Assembly: GCA_049663345.1 (NCBI GenBank)
Contig: JBATDG010000059.1
Coordinates: 441 to 64,440, forward strand
DNA: 64,000 nucleotides
Reading direction: 5' to 3'
Source of the DNA: Bacteroidota bacterium
GTDB lineage: Bacteria > Bacteroidota > Ignavibacteria > SZUA-365
The notes beneath the pieces are model-generated. The model ran no database searches. It was given only the letters and a program-made list of their open reading frames with translations, and had not been told where the DNA came from. Shown one piece after another: positions 9,306-18,993 of this stretch; within the stretch, counting starts at the first letter, position 1; every line of letters begins with the position of its first letter. A program made the position numbers and the translations under genes.

Positions 9306-10157
9306 CTATTTCAGCTTGAACGTAAAAACTGCCGTGCCTACCTGATCCGCCTGTTTCGCACCGGGCGGGAGGGCATTGAACCTCCAAGTGCGCATCGCAT
9401 CGAGAGCGGCGCGTTCGTAGAGAGGATCGCCTTTCTGGATGACGGTCATGCCGTACATGGTTCCATCGGGTCGGACGCGGAATCGCATGGACACCTGAAC
9501 CTCGCGAGTCGCACCAGGAGGGAATGCAGGCAGAGCGCCGGCGATACGATTCCGGGAAAGCCCGCCGTCCCACTCAATGTTTGCAGAAGATCGCGGCGTA
9601 GCGCTGAGCGTGCCCGGATCGGAGGTCAGTACGTTTTGCTGTCCTGAACCAGCGCCCGTTACATTGTCGGAGGAATGGGAGGAGGTGGACAGACCCTGTT
9701 CGCGGGATTCGCGCCGGTTGATATCACCAGTCGCAGGTGCGCTGCTTCGGGTGGATTTCCCGCCACCCTGATCCATGAAATCGATGGCCTGATCACCTCC
9801 GCGAATTTCTCGCGGAGTAACCGGCGTGGAGGGAGCGGATTGAAGCTGTCCGGCATCACGCGAAGTGGATTGCCGTGCTGCAGCAGGACGAGCAGCCGGC
9901 TGCGCGACGCTTGTCGTGCTGCGAACCTGCGGCGATGCAGAGCGCTGCTGCACCGTTGTCTGTACGACGCGGGGACGCGCCTCAACAATCGGAGGTTGCT
10001 CGAGCTTTTCCGCTGGCATCATAAACTGGAGCTGGATTTCCTGAGGAAACCGGGTGATGCTTGGAAACGCAGCCCAGAAAATCATGATCAGCAGCAGCAG
10101 TGCATGGAGGCCGATAGAAATGCCCCAGCTTTTTGTGTCAACGCTATTGAGAGTCAT
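9306..10157 (-). CDS. tonB: Energy transducer TonB
   Basis: 283 aa. It has an N-terminal membrane anchor (GISIGLHALLLLIMIFWAAF), a long Pro/Ser/Ala/Gln-rich spacer, and a C-terminal TonB-C-like domain (VSMRFRVRPDGTMYGMTVIQKGDPLYERAALDAMRTWRFNALP). It lies immediately downstream of exbB-exbD with a 14-nt overlap. Confidence 0.8.
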   Translation of the reverse strand: MTLNSVDTKSWGISIGLHALLLLIMIFWAAFPSITRFPQEIQLQFMMPAEKLEQPPIVEARPRVVQTTVQQRSASPQVRSTTSVAQPAARPAAARQSTSRDAGQLQSAPSTPVTPREIRGGDQAIDFMDQGGGKSTRSSAPATGDINRRESREQGLSTSSHSSDNVTGAGSGQQNVLTSDPGTLSATPRSSANIEWDGGLSRNRIAGALPAFPPGATREVQVSMRFRVRPDGTMYGMTVIQKGDPLYERAALDAMRTWRFNALPPGAKQADQVGTAVFTFKLK

Positions 10158-10566
10158 CGGTCGCTTTCCGCGTTGTGGAAATGAAAAATCTGGTTGCGCC
10201 CAGGCCTTTCGCCTTGTCCATCACGTACACGGCCCGCTCAAGCGGCACATCGGCATCGCTCGAGAGCACGATCACCTGTTTTTCCGGATTCGTTAAAACT
10301 TCCTTCAACGCACCGGGAAACATTCCGGATGGGACCTCAACGTTGTTGAGGAATATTCGTCCATCGTTCAGCAGTGCAACGATAAGCTGCTCCTGCTCCG
10401 ATGTCGTGGTGTTCTCTGCCTCGGGCAGCGTCACCTTGATGCCTTCAGTGATGATAAAGGAGGAGGTGAGCAGAAAGAACACCAGCAGCAGGAAGACGAT
10501 ATCCGTCAGCGACGAATAGCTGAAATTTGTCAGCGGCTTGTTGTCCTGTGTCAGCTGGATCTTCAT
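10144..10566 (-). CDS. exbD: ExbD/TolR biopolymer transport protein
   Basis: 140 aa with a single N-terminal TM (SLTDIVFLLLVFFLLTSSFI) and a periplasmic domain. It has a 4-nt overlap with exbB. Confidence 0.85.
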   Translation of the reverse strand: MKIQLTQDNKPLTNFSYSSLTDIVFLLLVFFLLTSSFIITEGIKVTLPEAENTTTSEQEQLIVALLNDGRIFLNNVEVPSGMFPGALKEVLTNPEKQVIVLSSDADVPLERAVYVMDKAKGLGATRFFISTTRKATDDSQ

Positions 10567-11246
10567 GATGACGCCTTCCCCTGCGCGGCTTCACGCGCCA
10601 TCTGTGCTTTCTTGGCGGCGATCTGTGCTTTGCGCTGTTCGGTAAGAGCGATATCGAGGAAGTCGTTGCAGCTGGCCTCCGTTTCAAATACGAAGCGGCT
10701 GACACGTGTGACCAGATAGTTGTAAAGGAAATAGGCGGGGATGCCGACGATCAAACCGAAGGCCGTCGTGAGCAGCGCTTCCCAGATCCCGGAGGCGAGA
10801 AGCTGTGGATTTACCACGCCCTCGTTCACTTCAATGACGCGAAATGCGCCGATCATTCCAGTGACGGTTCCGAGAAAGCCAAGCAAAGGAGCGATACCGG
10901 CGACAGAGGCCAGGAGTCCTAATCCGCGCTCAAGCTTGTAGACTTCCATACGGGCCGCGCTTTCGATTGCATCCTTGACTTCCTGATGAGTGCCTTTCAT
11001 TTTGAGCAGTCCGGCGCGCAGAATGCTCGAAAGCGGAGTGCCGGCTTCCGAACACATCGATACCGCCGAAGCGACGTCTCCACGACTAAGCACGGAACGG
11101 ATCTGCAGAATGAACTTCCCACCGTCGACTTTCACACGTGAAAGCGTGAACAGCTTCTGAATGACCAGGTAGGTCGCGAGAAGGGAGGAGGCAAGTATGA
11201 ACCACATGACTACGCCGCCCTTGAGGAAGAGATCGAACAATGTCAT
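10563..11246 (-). CDS. exbB: MotA/TolQ/ExbB proton channel protein
   Basis: 227 aa with three TM segments and the conserved core GIAPLLGFLGTVTGMIGAF ... LLTTAFGLIVGIPAYFLYNYL. Confidence 0.85.
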   Translation of the reverse strand: MTLFDLFLKGGVVMWFILASSLLATYLVIQKLFTLSRVKVDGGKFILQIRSVLSRGDVASAVSMCSEAGTPLSSILRAGLLKMKGTHQEVKDAIESAARMEVYKLERGLGLLASVAGIAPLLGFLGTVTGMIGAFRVIEVNEGVVNPQLLASGIWEALLTTAFGLIVGIPAYFLYNYLVTRVSRFVFETEASCNDFLDIALTEQRKAQIAAKKAQMAREAAQGKASS

Positions 11247-11290
11247 CGAATGCTCCGGTATAGTGAAAATGTTTTGTTCGCGTTTTAAGG

Positions 11291-12469
11291 TTACGCCGAC
11301 ATCCTGTCTGCGTCCAAACCAATATATTTTCCGGACAGAATACCTGCACCTGCCGCAATACCTGCACCTGCCGCAACGCCTGTATCGTAGAGAAGTCCGA
11401 CTGGTGCGCTACCCGGCAGTTGGCGAGGCTCGCTGTGATCGAGCAGCATATACACGATGATAATCACAACGCACAATGTCAATACTGCAGCGGTAATAAC
11501 GAGAGGCCGACGGCTCGGCTCCTCCGGGGGATGATAGAGCTGATCACGATTCCTATGGAACACATCGTTATCTGAAAGCGGATCGTCTTCTTCTGCCGCG
11601 ACGGAAGTTTCATTCTCTTCATCCAAAGGCGCATCGGGCTCTGCAGCGTCAGCAAACCGGTGATACTTGTCATCCCGAAGCGGATCCTGTTCTGCTGCCG
11701 AGATGAAAGCTTTAGCCTTTTCATCCAAAGGATCAACCTGCTCAGCGACGACAGCGAGCCGTTCATATTCTTCTGTCAGAGGAGCATCGTGCTCTGCAAG
11801 GTCAGCCAGGCGTTCATATTCTTCATCCAAAGGCGAAACCGGCTCGGCGATGTCAGCAAGCACTTCATACTCCTCATCCGAATGCGCAAGCTGCCCAGAG
11901 AAGGCGGCGGACTCTTCATCCTCTCCGTCGATGTAGTGCACACTTGGATCCGTGTTGAGGCCCTGGATCTCATATCCTTCAGCTTCCATTTCCGCTTCTA
12001 GGAGGCGGTCTTCCTCGCTCTCCGGGGGGGGCTGCTCGAGAGACGGCTCCGAAATCTGCGGCCTGCGTATCTCGACCACATTCTCTACCGCGGGCGGGGG
12101 TGCGAAAGATCCGCGTACCTCAGCCACGAGCGCGGCGATATCGACAGGTGTGCGCTCCAGCAGCCTTTCACGGTCAAGGATTTCGGCGGGAATGAAATGA
12201 CGCGCATCTATACTGCTTGACGGTCCGTGCAGCACTTCAGAAGCCAAGACTGCACCGACGGGCACAAGGGCGGAATACCCGACGCTGGTCAGTGCGCCAT
12301 TGGAATTCCGGCTTGGCGACCAAAGTCCGAGTTCAGGCAGCGCGACTTCTTCGCCGGCGCGAAGCAGCGATTTTACAACGTCGAAAAAAGCATGGAGGAA
12401 CACCTGTGCATTGTGGGGCGGCACATCGACGCGCGCAGCCAGCGCTTGTATGAGATCGTCGCGCGTCAT
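11291..12469 (-). CDS. HU-like-domain membrane protein with an acidic 17-residue repeat region
   Basis: I place the start at MTRDDLIQALAARVDVPPHNAQVFLHAFFDVVKSLLRAGEEVALPELGLW, which has an HU/IHF-like pattern. The ORF-track start at 12571 is a TTG that overlaps the upstream gene. About six degenerate repeats follow, of the form PL(D/T)EEYERLAdxAExxx. Then come one TM (LVITAAVLTLCVVIIIVYML) and a Gly/Ala-rich tail. Confidence 0.6.
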   Translation of the reverse strand: MTRDDLIQALAARVDVPPHNAQVFLHAFFDVVKSLLRAGEEVALPELGLWSPSRNSNGALTSVGYSALVPVGAVLASEVLHGPSSSIDARHFIPAEILDRERLLERTPVDIAALVAEVRGSFAPPPAVENVVEIRRPQISEPSLEQPPPESEEDRLLEAEMEAEGYEIQGLNTDPSVHYIDGEDEESAAFSGQLAHSDEEYEVLADIAEPVSPLDEEYERLADLAEHDAPLTEEYERLAVVAEQVDPLDEKAKAFISAAEQDPLRDDKYHRFADAAEPDAPLDEENETSVAAEEDDPLSDNDVFHRNRDQLYHPPEEPSRRPLVITAAVLTLCVVIIIVYMLLDHSEPRQLPGSAPVGLLYDTGVAAGAGIAAGAGILSGKYIGLDADRMSA

Positions 12470-12485
12470 GATTTTCGCCCCTGCA

Positions 12486-12713
12486 TCATGATGGCTGCTC
12501 ATTCGATGGAGGAAAGAGTGAAGCATGAGGAAGGAACGCTTCGGTGTCCGACGCAGGACAAAGCGTGCCAAAGGTCATCAATTCCACGCAGTCTCCGCTG
12601 TCAAGCGCATCAGAGCAGATCGCGAGCATGGCGTCCATGTATGGCCGAAGCTCCTGAGGGTCAATCCCGAGCCGCGAAGCAGTACGATGCAATATGTCGG
12701 AAGCGTTTGCCAT
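12486..12713 (-). CDS. Small HU-like domain protein
   Basis: 75 aa. MANASDILHRTASRLGIDPQELRPYMDAMLAICSDALDSGDCVELMTFGTL follows the HU/IHF layout (helix-helix, then a Gly-containing beta arm start). It sits 2 nt after the beta-barrel gene and 16 nt before the next HU-like gene. Confidence 0.5.
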   Translation of the reverse strand: MANASDILHRTASRLGIDPQELRPYMDAMLAICSDALDSGDCVELMTFGTLCPASDTEAFLPHASLFPPSNEQPS

Positions 12714-12715
12714 GT

Positions 12716-14428
12716 CTAGAAATGTGCGGTCACACCGCCCATCATGAAAAACGGACGCTCGTGATATCCAGGCCAGCGCTGCCAGCTCTGGTCGAGCAAA
12801 TTATTCAAGCTCAGAAATACGCCGAAATTCTTGACGACCCTATACTCGAGGTCGATGCCGAGAAGCATCCATGCGGGCATCGCCCCGCCGTCAGCTTCCT
12901 GCTCTCCGACAAGCTGAAGAGTCGTCTGCACACTCAGCGGAAAAGGGAAATCATGATGCAGCAGAACGCGGGCTTCGCAGTCCGGAAGATAGGGTACACG
13001 GCCCTGATCCTCGCCGAGCGAAGATGTGCGAAGCACGGTTTCGACCTGGATTCGTGTTGAATTGCTGAAGGCATGAGCCACATCGGCATGAATATTGAAG
13101 ATGCTGGCGCGGCCATCGTAGCGCATTTCCCATTGCTGCATAACAGGGTCGGGAAGCAGGGAAAATCTCGGCCAGCTGAGGGTTGACAGATATTCTACAC
13201 AAAACCGTGCACTGCTCTGTCCTCTGTTGTCAAATTCGGCTCCGGCCTCGAAGCGCAGCGGCAGGTCGGTATGCCGCACAGCGGAGGCGAGCATGAGATA
13301 GGGATTCTGTCTGAGAAATCCGCGTAATGTCTGTTCGCGTACCTCCGGAAGCCAGCCTGCATAGAGGGACCAATCAGCGCTGGTCAAATGGCGGAGCAGG
13401 AGGGAGGGGTAGACGCGGAACTGGCTGGCATGATCGCTTCCGCGATATAAGAAGATCGTGGCACCGGTCTGCAGCTGCAGACGCTCGCCCAGAGAAAACA
13501 CCGACTTCGCTGCAGCGTTCATAAAGAATGGCCGGGTGGGTTCGGCGGAGCTTTTACTCAAATCGTTGACATGCATAAGCAAGCCGAAAAGCACGCTCTG
13601 CCCTGCGATGGAAGTCTTCGCATTGCCTTCCAGAGCGAAGCGATTCTCCACTTGCTGGTATTCATCCAGCGGCAGAGTGTCGCGCACGGCAAGTGCTTCG
13701 TCGATGGCAAAATGCGAAAACGAAATTCGGAGGTCATGATCGAGCAGCGTATTGCGGCGAGAAATCAGGTCCGCACCCATGGCGAATCCAAATGCGTTTC
13801 GCCTGAAATCGAGCGCGGGGTCATACCGGATAAGCTTGTCCGCATAAAGCCCGTATTCCTGTGCCTCGACCTGAACATCGCCCTGGATGCGTGAGGAGGC
13901 GAAGATCGGGTGGAGGGTGCGCGGCAGATAGGTACCGCCCGCAAAGTCGAAATTGAATCGCGAATAATCCGCATGAGGGACGTGCCCGTTGCTTCGTTCA
14001 TACGCCATATGCGCCGCAGCGTCGCCCAGCCGGTAGCGGTCCGCGTACCATGCCTCGAGAAGCGGAGTGGAGAAACTGCCGAGTCCTGCGCGCAGGCGAA
14101 GCACTTCCTCGCTCCCTGTCAGATCAGGTTTGCGCAGCGGCATCCTTGTAGGCGATGTGTCGAAAAAACGCTGTTCCCGGTTTCCTCGACCCGCCCTGGA
14201 TGTAAAATCCTTGCTGTCGGGTTCTCCGGCGCCGCTCTTGCGGTCTTCTGTGAAGCTGATCATGTCGCTGCCTGTTATGACATATTCCGGCAATGTCAAA
14301 GCAGGAAGAACGTCGCGGGTATCTTTCGCATCCGGTTTAAAATCACGCGGCGGCGGCAGCGGCTTATCCTGAGCGAACAGCGGTTGAAATAAAAGCGTCA
14401 GTATGGCTGCGATCAGGAGATGCTTCAT
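12716..14428 (-). CDS. Outer-membrane beta-barrel protein (porin / TonB-dependent-receptor-like)
   Basis: 570 aa with signal peptide MKHLLIAAILTLLFQPLFAQ. It has alternating hydrophobic/aromatic strands and a C-terminal aromatic residue (...MMGGVTAHF). It has a 4-nt overlap with the upstream TPR gene. Confidence 0.6.
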   Translation of the reverse strand: MKHLLIAAILTLLFQPLFAQDKPLPPPRDFKPDAKDTRDVLPALTLPEYVITGSDMISFTEDRKSGAGEPDSKDFTSRAGRGNREQRFFDTSPTRMPLRKPDLTGSEEVLRLRAGLGSFSTPLLEAWYADRYRLGDAAAHMAYERSNGHVPHADYSRFNFDFAGGTYLPRTLHPIFASSRIQGDVQVEAQEYGLYADKLIRYDPALDFRRNAFGFAMGADLISRRNTLLDHDLRISFSHFAIDEALAVRDTLPLDEYQQVENRFALEGNAKTSIAGQSVLFGLLMHVNDLSKSSAEPTRPFFMNAAAKSVFSLGERLQLQTGATIFLYRGSDHASQFRVYPSLLLRHLTSADWSLYAGWLPEVREQTLRGFLRQNPYLMLASAVRHTDLPLRFEAGAEFDNRGQSSARFCVEYLSTLSWPRFSLLPDPVMQQWEMRYDGRASIFNIHADVAHAFSNSTRIQVETVLRTSSLGEDQGRVPYLPDCEARVLLHHDFPFPLSVQTTLQLVGEQEADGGAMPAWMLLGIDLEYRVVKNFGVFLSLNNLLDQSWQRWPGYHERPFFMMGGVTAHF

Positions 14429-17421
14429 TTCATCATCTCCAGCCGGGTCTGCGCATCGTTGGACTCGTCGGACCCGGCATAATCCTGAATCACATGACGG
14501 TAATGTGCTCGCGCTGCATCATTTTTGCCCTGTGCCTCATCGACCCGACCCAACAGCAGGAAAGCGCGTGCATTCCAGATGGAGGCATCCGCATAAACAT
14601 AGCCGACGCGCAGCAGCGCTTCCTCAGCTTCGGCGTAGCGGCGGGCGTTCCATAATTCCTCTCCCATCCGGTATTGTGCTTCCGCGCCGATTGCGTCGAC
14701 CCGGCTGCTTGCGATGGAAGAAAGTGAGGCAACAGCTTCATCTACTTTTGCGTCTTGCGCCTCTATCAAGGCATGTTCAATGGCGGATCGCACTGAATAG
14801 GGATCAAGTGGCTGAGCCGCCTGTGCCTCTTCAAAATCCTTACTGGCCGCGGCTGTGTTGCCGTCGGCTTTGTAGGTCAGACCGCGTTTGTAATAGACGC
14901 GTGCGCGGACAGATCGGGCAGAAGGATCGGCAAGCAGTTCCTGACAGAGTGTGAGGGCCTTTTTGCGGTCCTGCTGAGCGAGCGCTGTCTCAATGAGTTC
15001 GAATTTGCACTCTGACACCAGGCTCCCTTTGGGATTGAGTGTGATCGCTGCACGCAATGTTTTTTCTGCGTCGGGAAGGTCGTCGTTCTGGCGGTAAGCA
15101 CGGCCGAGAAGCAGATAGGCCTCCTGCATTAAGATACTCTGACGATGCGCGGCAATGAAGCGCTGCAGTGCGGGAATGGATCGCGACGGATCATTCTGTG
15201 AGGCCAGATCCCGAATTTCTGCGAATACAACTTCATCTGCGGTACTGCTTTTCGGATTTGAGTTCAGCCAGTCCTGCCGGACTTTCTCGGCTTCGGCATT
15301 GCGGCCGAGCATCCGCAGGGTCTGCGACAATCCGTCGAGTGCGTCGCTGACTTTCGGGGAATCCGGATGTTGTTCGAGCACGCGGCGATACGCCATTTCC
15401 GCATCGCCGTACTTGCCCTGATTGTAGTAGCAATCGGCGATACTGTATTTGGCCTGAGGAGCGAGTGGACTTCCCGGATAGGTGGTGATCAGTTTCTGAA
15501 ATTCGGTGATCGCCACGTCATAGTCCTTACTCTGGAAGTACATCCATGCGAGGCTGAATTGCGCCTTGTCTGCATATTCCGATGCCGGATAGCGGGAAAG
15601 AAGTCCGCGCAAAGTGCTGATCGATGTGGGCGTGTTTCCCAACCGGTGCTCGCAGGAAGAAAGCTGGAGCAGGGCATAGGCTGAAAGAGGATTTGCCGGA
15701 TACATGCGCGAAGTGTAGCGATAGGTTTTCGCTGCCTCAGAAAATTTTTTCTGTGCGTATTGGGCATCACCAAGCCGGATATTTGCATCAACGTCATTCT
15801 TGCCGGCGCGGTAGTCCGTCGTCAGCTTTGTGAACGCGCGTTCTGCGTCGGCGAACTGCTGAGCGCGAAAATGCGTCCATCCCAGACCATAGAGTGCATC
15901 CTGCAGCAGCTCCGGGTCTTGTGTCGAAGCCAGCGCCTGATTGTAGACGATGACCGCATCGTCAAATTCCTCGTTCTTGAAATGCGACTCGCCAAGCCAG
16001 ACCAATGCCTCGGCTTTGCGCGAATCGTTGGGATACCGCTGAAGGAAATTTTTCAGAACCACTACGGCTTCACCATATTGTTCCGCCGCAAAATAACTGA
16101 AGCCCTGGCGGAACAGCGCCTTGCTGAGAACATCCGGAGTTCCGTTTTCGATGGAGACAGCCGAGCCGTAGGCTTTTGCCGCATCCGCCGGACGGTGGAG
16201 TTTGAGCAGGGTTTCGCCCTGCATGAACCAGGCGTCGGCGAGGACATCGCTGTTCGCGAAACCGGAAGAAACGGCTGAAAAATGTATAAGCGCTTTATCA
16301 AATCCGCTTTCGTTGAATGCCGCCATCCCGAGCTCGAAATGCGCATTGTCCGCATAATCCCCTGTGGGTCTGGCTGCAAGCATATCGGCAAATACCGTCC
16401 GCGCGGCTTCAAGCGTGCCGTTGAGGCGGAGCGCCATGCCTTTACGGAACAAAGCGGCTTCCGCTAGATCACCCTCGCGCTTCGAAAGCTCGTCAAACGT
16501 GGCTATGGCTTCGGAATATTTCTGCTGCTCTATCTGTGTCCATCCCATCGAATACTGTACCTGCGGCGCACGTTTGTTGTCCGGGTACCCGGTAAGGAAA
16601 TTCCGGTACAGTTCTTCGGCCTGCGCAAAATGCCCCAATTTATAGTGCGACTCGCCGCGGAGGAACATGCGTTCAGCAGAGTTTTCCGTGTCAGGGGAAT
16701 CTGCCAGCCCTTCGAGCCAGGTCAGCGATTTCTCGTAGTCGCCCATCTGGTAGAGACATGCGCCTTTGCGTGTGTAGACACTGGAAACAAGGCTGCTCTC
16801 TGGAAACAGGCGGAGAAACTCGTCATAATTCAGCAGTGCTTCGTCGTATTTCTCCTGTTTTTCGAGGACGAAGCCAATCGAGAAATATGCGTAATCCCGG
16901 ATGCGTCCTTCGGGATAATGTTCAAAGGCGATGCGATAATAGCGCATTGCGAGCGGGTAGTTGCCGTCCTTGAACGCGGCCTCTCCAGCCCAATAGGCCG
17001 CCTCATGCGCGAGGTTTCCTTCCGGCCAGCGCTTGACGACGTTGGCAAGCTGTTCATGCGCCTTGCGGAAATCTCCCTGCCTAAAGTACACTTCGCCTTC
17101 GCGGAATCCGGCATCGTCAGCCAGCTTGCTGTCGGGATACTTTTCCTGAAATCCTGCGAAAGAAATAGCGGCATCATCGAGATTGGCATTCTGATATTGC
17201 GATTCCGCCTGATAATACACGGCGTCGGGAAACAACTGGCTCTCGGGATAGTCAGACGTAAACTTCTGGAATTTCTCAAGAGAGAGCTGGTAATTCTTAT
17301 CCTTGAACAGGCCAAGGGCGAACGCATAGTCCTGTTGTTCTTTGAGATTTTTGACCTGCGCACTTCCCTCGACGCTCAGCAGCAAGGCCAGTAACAGGAG
17401 CAGGACGGTGGATCGTACCAT
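14425..17421 (-). CDS. Tetratricopeptide-repeat (TPR / YbgF-like) periplasmic protein
   Basis: 998 aa with signal peptide MVRSTVLLLLLALLLSVEGSAQ. More than 20 units of the TPR-like pattern are present (e.g. AVYYQAESQYQNANLDDAAISFAGFQEKYPDSKLADDA). Confidence 0.8.
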   Translation of the reverse strand: MVRSTVLLLLLALLLSVEGSAQVKNLKEQQDYAFALGLFKDKNYQLSLEKFQKFTSDYPESQLFPDAVYYQAESQYQNANLDDAAISFAGFQEKYPDSKLADDAGFREGEVYFRQGDFRKAHEQLANVVKRWPEGNLAHEAAYWAGEAAFKDGNYPLAMRYYRIAFEHYPEGRIRDYAYFSIGFVLEKQEKYDEALLNYDEFLRLFPESSLVSSVYTRKGACLYQMGDYEKSLTWLEGLADSPDTENSAERMFLRGESHYKLGHFAQAEELYRNFLTGYPDNKRAPQVQYSMGWTQIEQQKYSEAIATFDELSKREGDLAEAALFRKGMALRLNGTLEAARTVFADMLAARPTGDYADNAHFELGMAAFNESGFDKALIHFSAVSSGFANSDVLADAWFMQGETLLKLHRPADAAKAYGSAVSIENGTPDVLSKALFRQGFSYFAAEQYGEAVVVLKNFLQRYPNDSRKAEALVWLGESHFKNEEFDDAVIVYNQALASTQDPELLQDALYGLGWTHFRAQQFADAERAFTKLTTDYRAGKNDVDANIRLGDAQYAQKKFSEAAKTYRYTSRMYPANPLSAYALLQLSSCEHRLGNTPTSISTLRGLLSRYPASEYADKAQFSLAWMYFQSKDYDVAITEFQKLITTYPGSPLAPQAKYSIADCYYNQGKYGDAEMAYRRVLEQHPDSPKVSDALDGLSQTLRMLGRNAEAEKVRQDWLNSNPKSSTADEVVFAEIRDLASQNDPSRSIPALQRFIAAHRQSILMQEAYLLLGRAYRQNDDLPDAEKTLRAAITLNPKGSLVSECKFELIETALAQQDRKKALTLCQELLADPSARSVRARVYYKRGLTYKADGNTAAASKDFEEAQAAQPLDPYSVRSAIEHALIEAQDAKVDEAVASLSSIASSRVDAIGAEAQYRMGEELWNARRYAEAEEALLRVGYVYADASIWNARAFLLLGRVDEAQGKNDAARAHYRHVIQDYAGSDESNDAQTRLEMMK

Positions 17422-17525
17422 GCGATGCTCTTTATATGATGAAAAACGGGGACTTAAAGTGATACTCTAGATGGTTCACTTAACTTCGACAAATTACGGT
17501 TATCGGACTAGAGTGTCAAGGAAAG

Positions 17526-18992
17526 ATGGCGGAAACGCGAAGAGATGTTTTTAAATGGAAATTCAGGCAATTCCGCATATACGGGAATATTTACGCGGGA
17601 GTTCCCGAGGGAGTGAAGTTTGACCTTTCTCAGCAATCACGTACTTTTTCTGATCCTGCAATTTCATCACCTCATTTGAGCACCATGGCAGAACAGAAAA
17701 TCCCGTTTAATCCGGATCAGGTCATCGAGCAATTTCGCAGCGCAATCACACTGGTGAATCGGCGCATCATCAATCGCACTGAAGTGATCGACCAGATCTT
17801 TTCCGCGATGCTCATGCGCGAACATGCGCTTATCCAGAGCAGAACGGGGGCGGCGAAATCCCTGCTGGCCCAGCAGATCTTCCGCATGTTCGAAGGGGCG
17901 AAGGTCTTTCAGGTGCAGGCGTCGAAGGAGCAGCAGCCCGACACCTACTTCGGAGGACTCGACATCGACGAGCTGAAGAAAGGACGCATCATACACAACA
18001 CCGAGAATTCCCTCGTGGAAAGTGAGTTCGGATTCATCGATGAAATTTTCGATGCGAATGACTACACCCTCAGGGCGCTGCTGACAACGCTCAACGAACG
18101 CGCGCTGATTCTCGGCGTTCAGAATGTCCCCGCGAGAGTGCACAGCGTCATAGCAGCCACGAACTATCTCCGCGTGAGCGAAATCACCGAGGCGCTGCTT
18201 GACCGCTTTGTGTTCAAGGCGTTGTTCATTCCTGCAAAAGAACCCTATACGCAGTATCAAATTGCTCAGAGATATCTATCGAATCAAGGACAGCCGACCC
18301 TGCCGGAGCAAAAGATTCCCTACAGCATGCTGAAGCGGACTTCGGATGTTATCCGTGGAGTGGATGAGGAATACAGCATCCATATTCCGCTGCATGTCAT
18401 CTTTTTTGCCAACTCTGTCGTGCGGTATTATGAAGTGCAGCGTAACAGGCTGATTAAGGAGCGTCCCCACGAGTACCCGCATCTCAAGGATTTCTACATT
18501 TCGCCGCGTACATACTCCCGCGCAATGGACATGCTGCGAGTCATCGCCTTCCTGCACGGGCGCATGGAAGTTATTCCCGAAGACGCTCAGAATCTCTGGT
18601 ATCTTTATACTGTCGTTGGCATTCGCGATCAAAAAGAGCTTTTTCTGAAATCGTACAACACCATCTACAAGCAGCTCACTTCCGCCAAGGCTTTCGACCA
18701 GATCCAGCGCATGCTGGAGTTCCAGGAATTCGTCGAGCATCTGAAGCACAATCCTGAGCTGATGAAGCGGCCCATCTCGGAAATCGAGGGGCAGCCGCTG
18801 AAGCGTACTCTGGCAGAATGGGCGAAGGAAACTCTCGGCATTACCAATGCCACACAGGAACAAAACCGACGTCTGCTTGAAGGTTACTTCAAATCCTTCG
18901 AACCGCTCACCGAGGAAATAGCGGATTTCCTGAGCCACACCGAGCGCGATATCCAGGAATTGTTCCACTCCGCGGAACACATCTGGACCTGA
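17526..18992 (+). CDS. RavA/MoxR-like AAA+ ATPase
   Basis: The layout parallels RavA. The P-loop region is HALIQSRTGAAKSLLAQQIF and Walker B / sensor is FGFIDEIFDANDYTLRALLTTLNER. Further matches are VIAATNYL and ALLDRFVFK. A purine-rich AAGGA precedes 17526. The alternative start at 17685 (MAEQKIPF) fits the RavA N-terminal length better. Confidence 0.65.
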   Translation: MAETRRDVFKWKFRQFRIYGNIYAGVPEGVKFDLSQQSRTFSDPAISSPHLSTMAEQKIPFNPDQVIEQFRSAITLVNRRIINRTEVIDQIFSAMLMREHALIQSRTGAAKSLLAQQIFRMFEGAKVFQVQASKEQQPDTYFGGLDIDELKKGRIIHNTENSLVESEFGFIDEIFDANDYTLRALLTTLNERALILGVQNVPARVHSVIAATNYLRVSEITEALLDRFVFKALFIPAKEPYTQYQIAQRYLSNQGQPTLPEQKIPYSMLKRTSDVIRGVDEEYSIHIPLHVIFFANSVVRYYEVQRNRLIKERPHEYPHLKDFYISPRTYSRAMDMLRVIAFLHGRMEVIPEDAQNLWYLYTVVGIRDQKELFLKSYNTIYKQLTSAKAFDQIQRMLEFQEFVEHLKHNPELMKRPISEIEGQPLKRTLAEWAKETLGITNATQEQNRRLLEGYFKSFEPLTEEIADFLSHTERDIQELFHSAEHIWT

Positions 18993-18993
18993 T

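Noticed and set aside
9088-9573. N-terminal 162-aa extension of the 8122-9573 ORF.
   Set aside because: The extension overlaps the 3' end of tonB on the same strand, is Arg/Ser/His-rich, and precedes a perfect signal peptide at the internal Met (9087). The shorter gene model is preferred.
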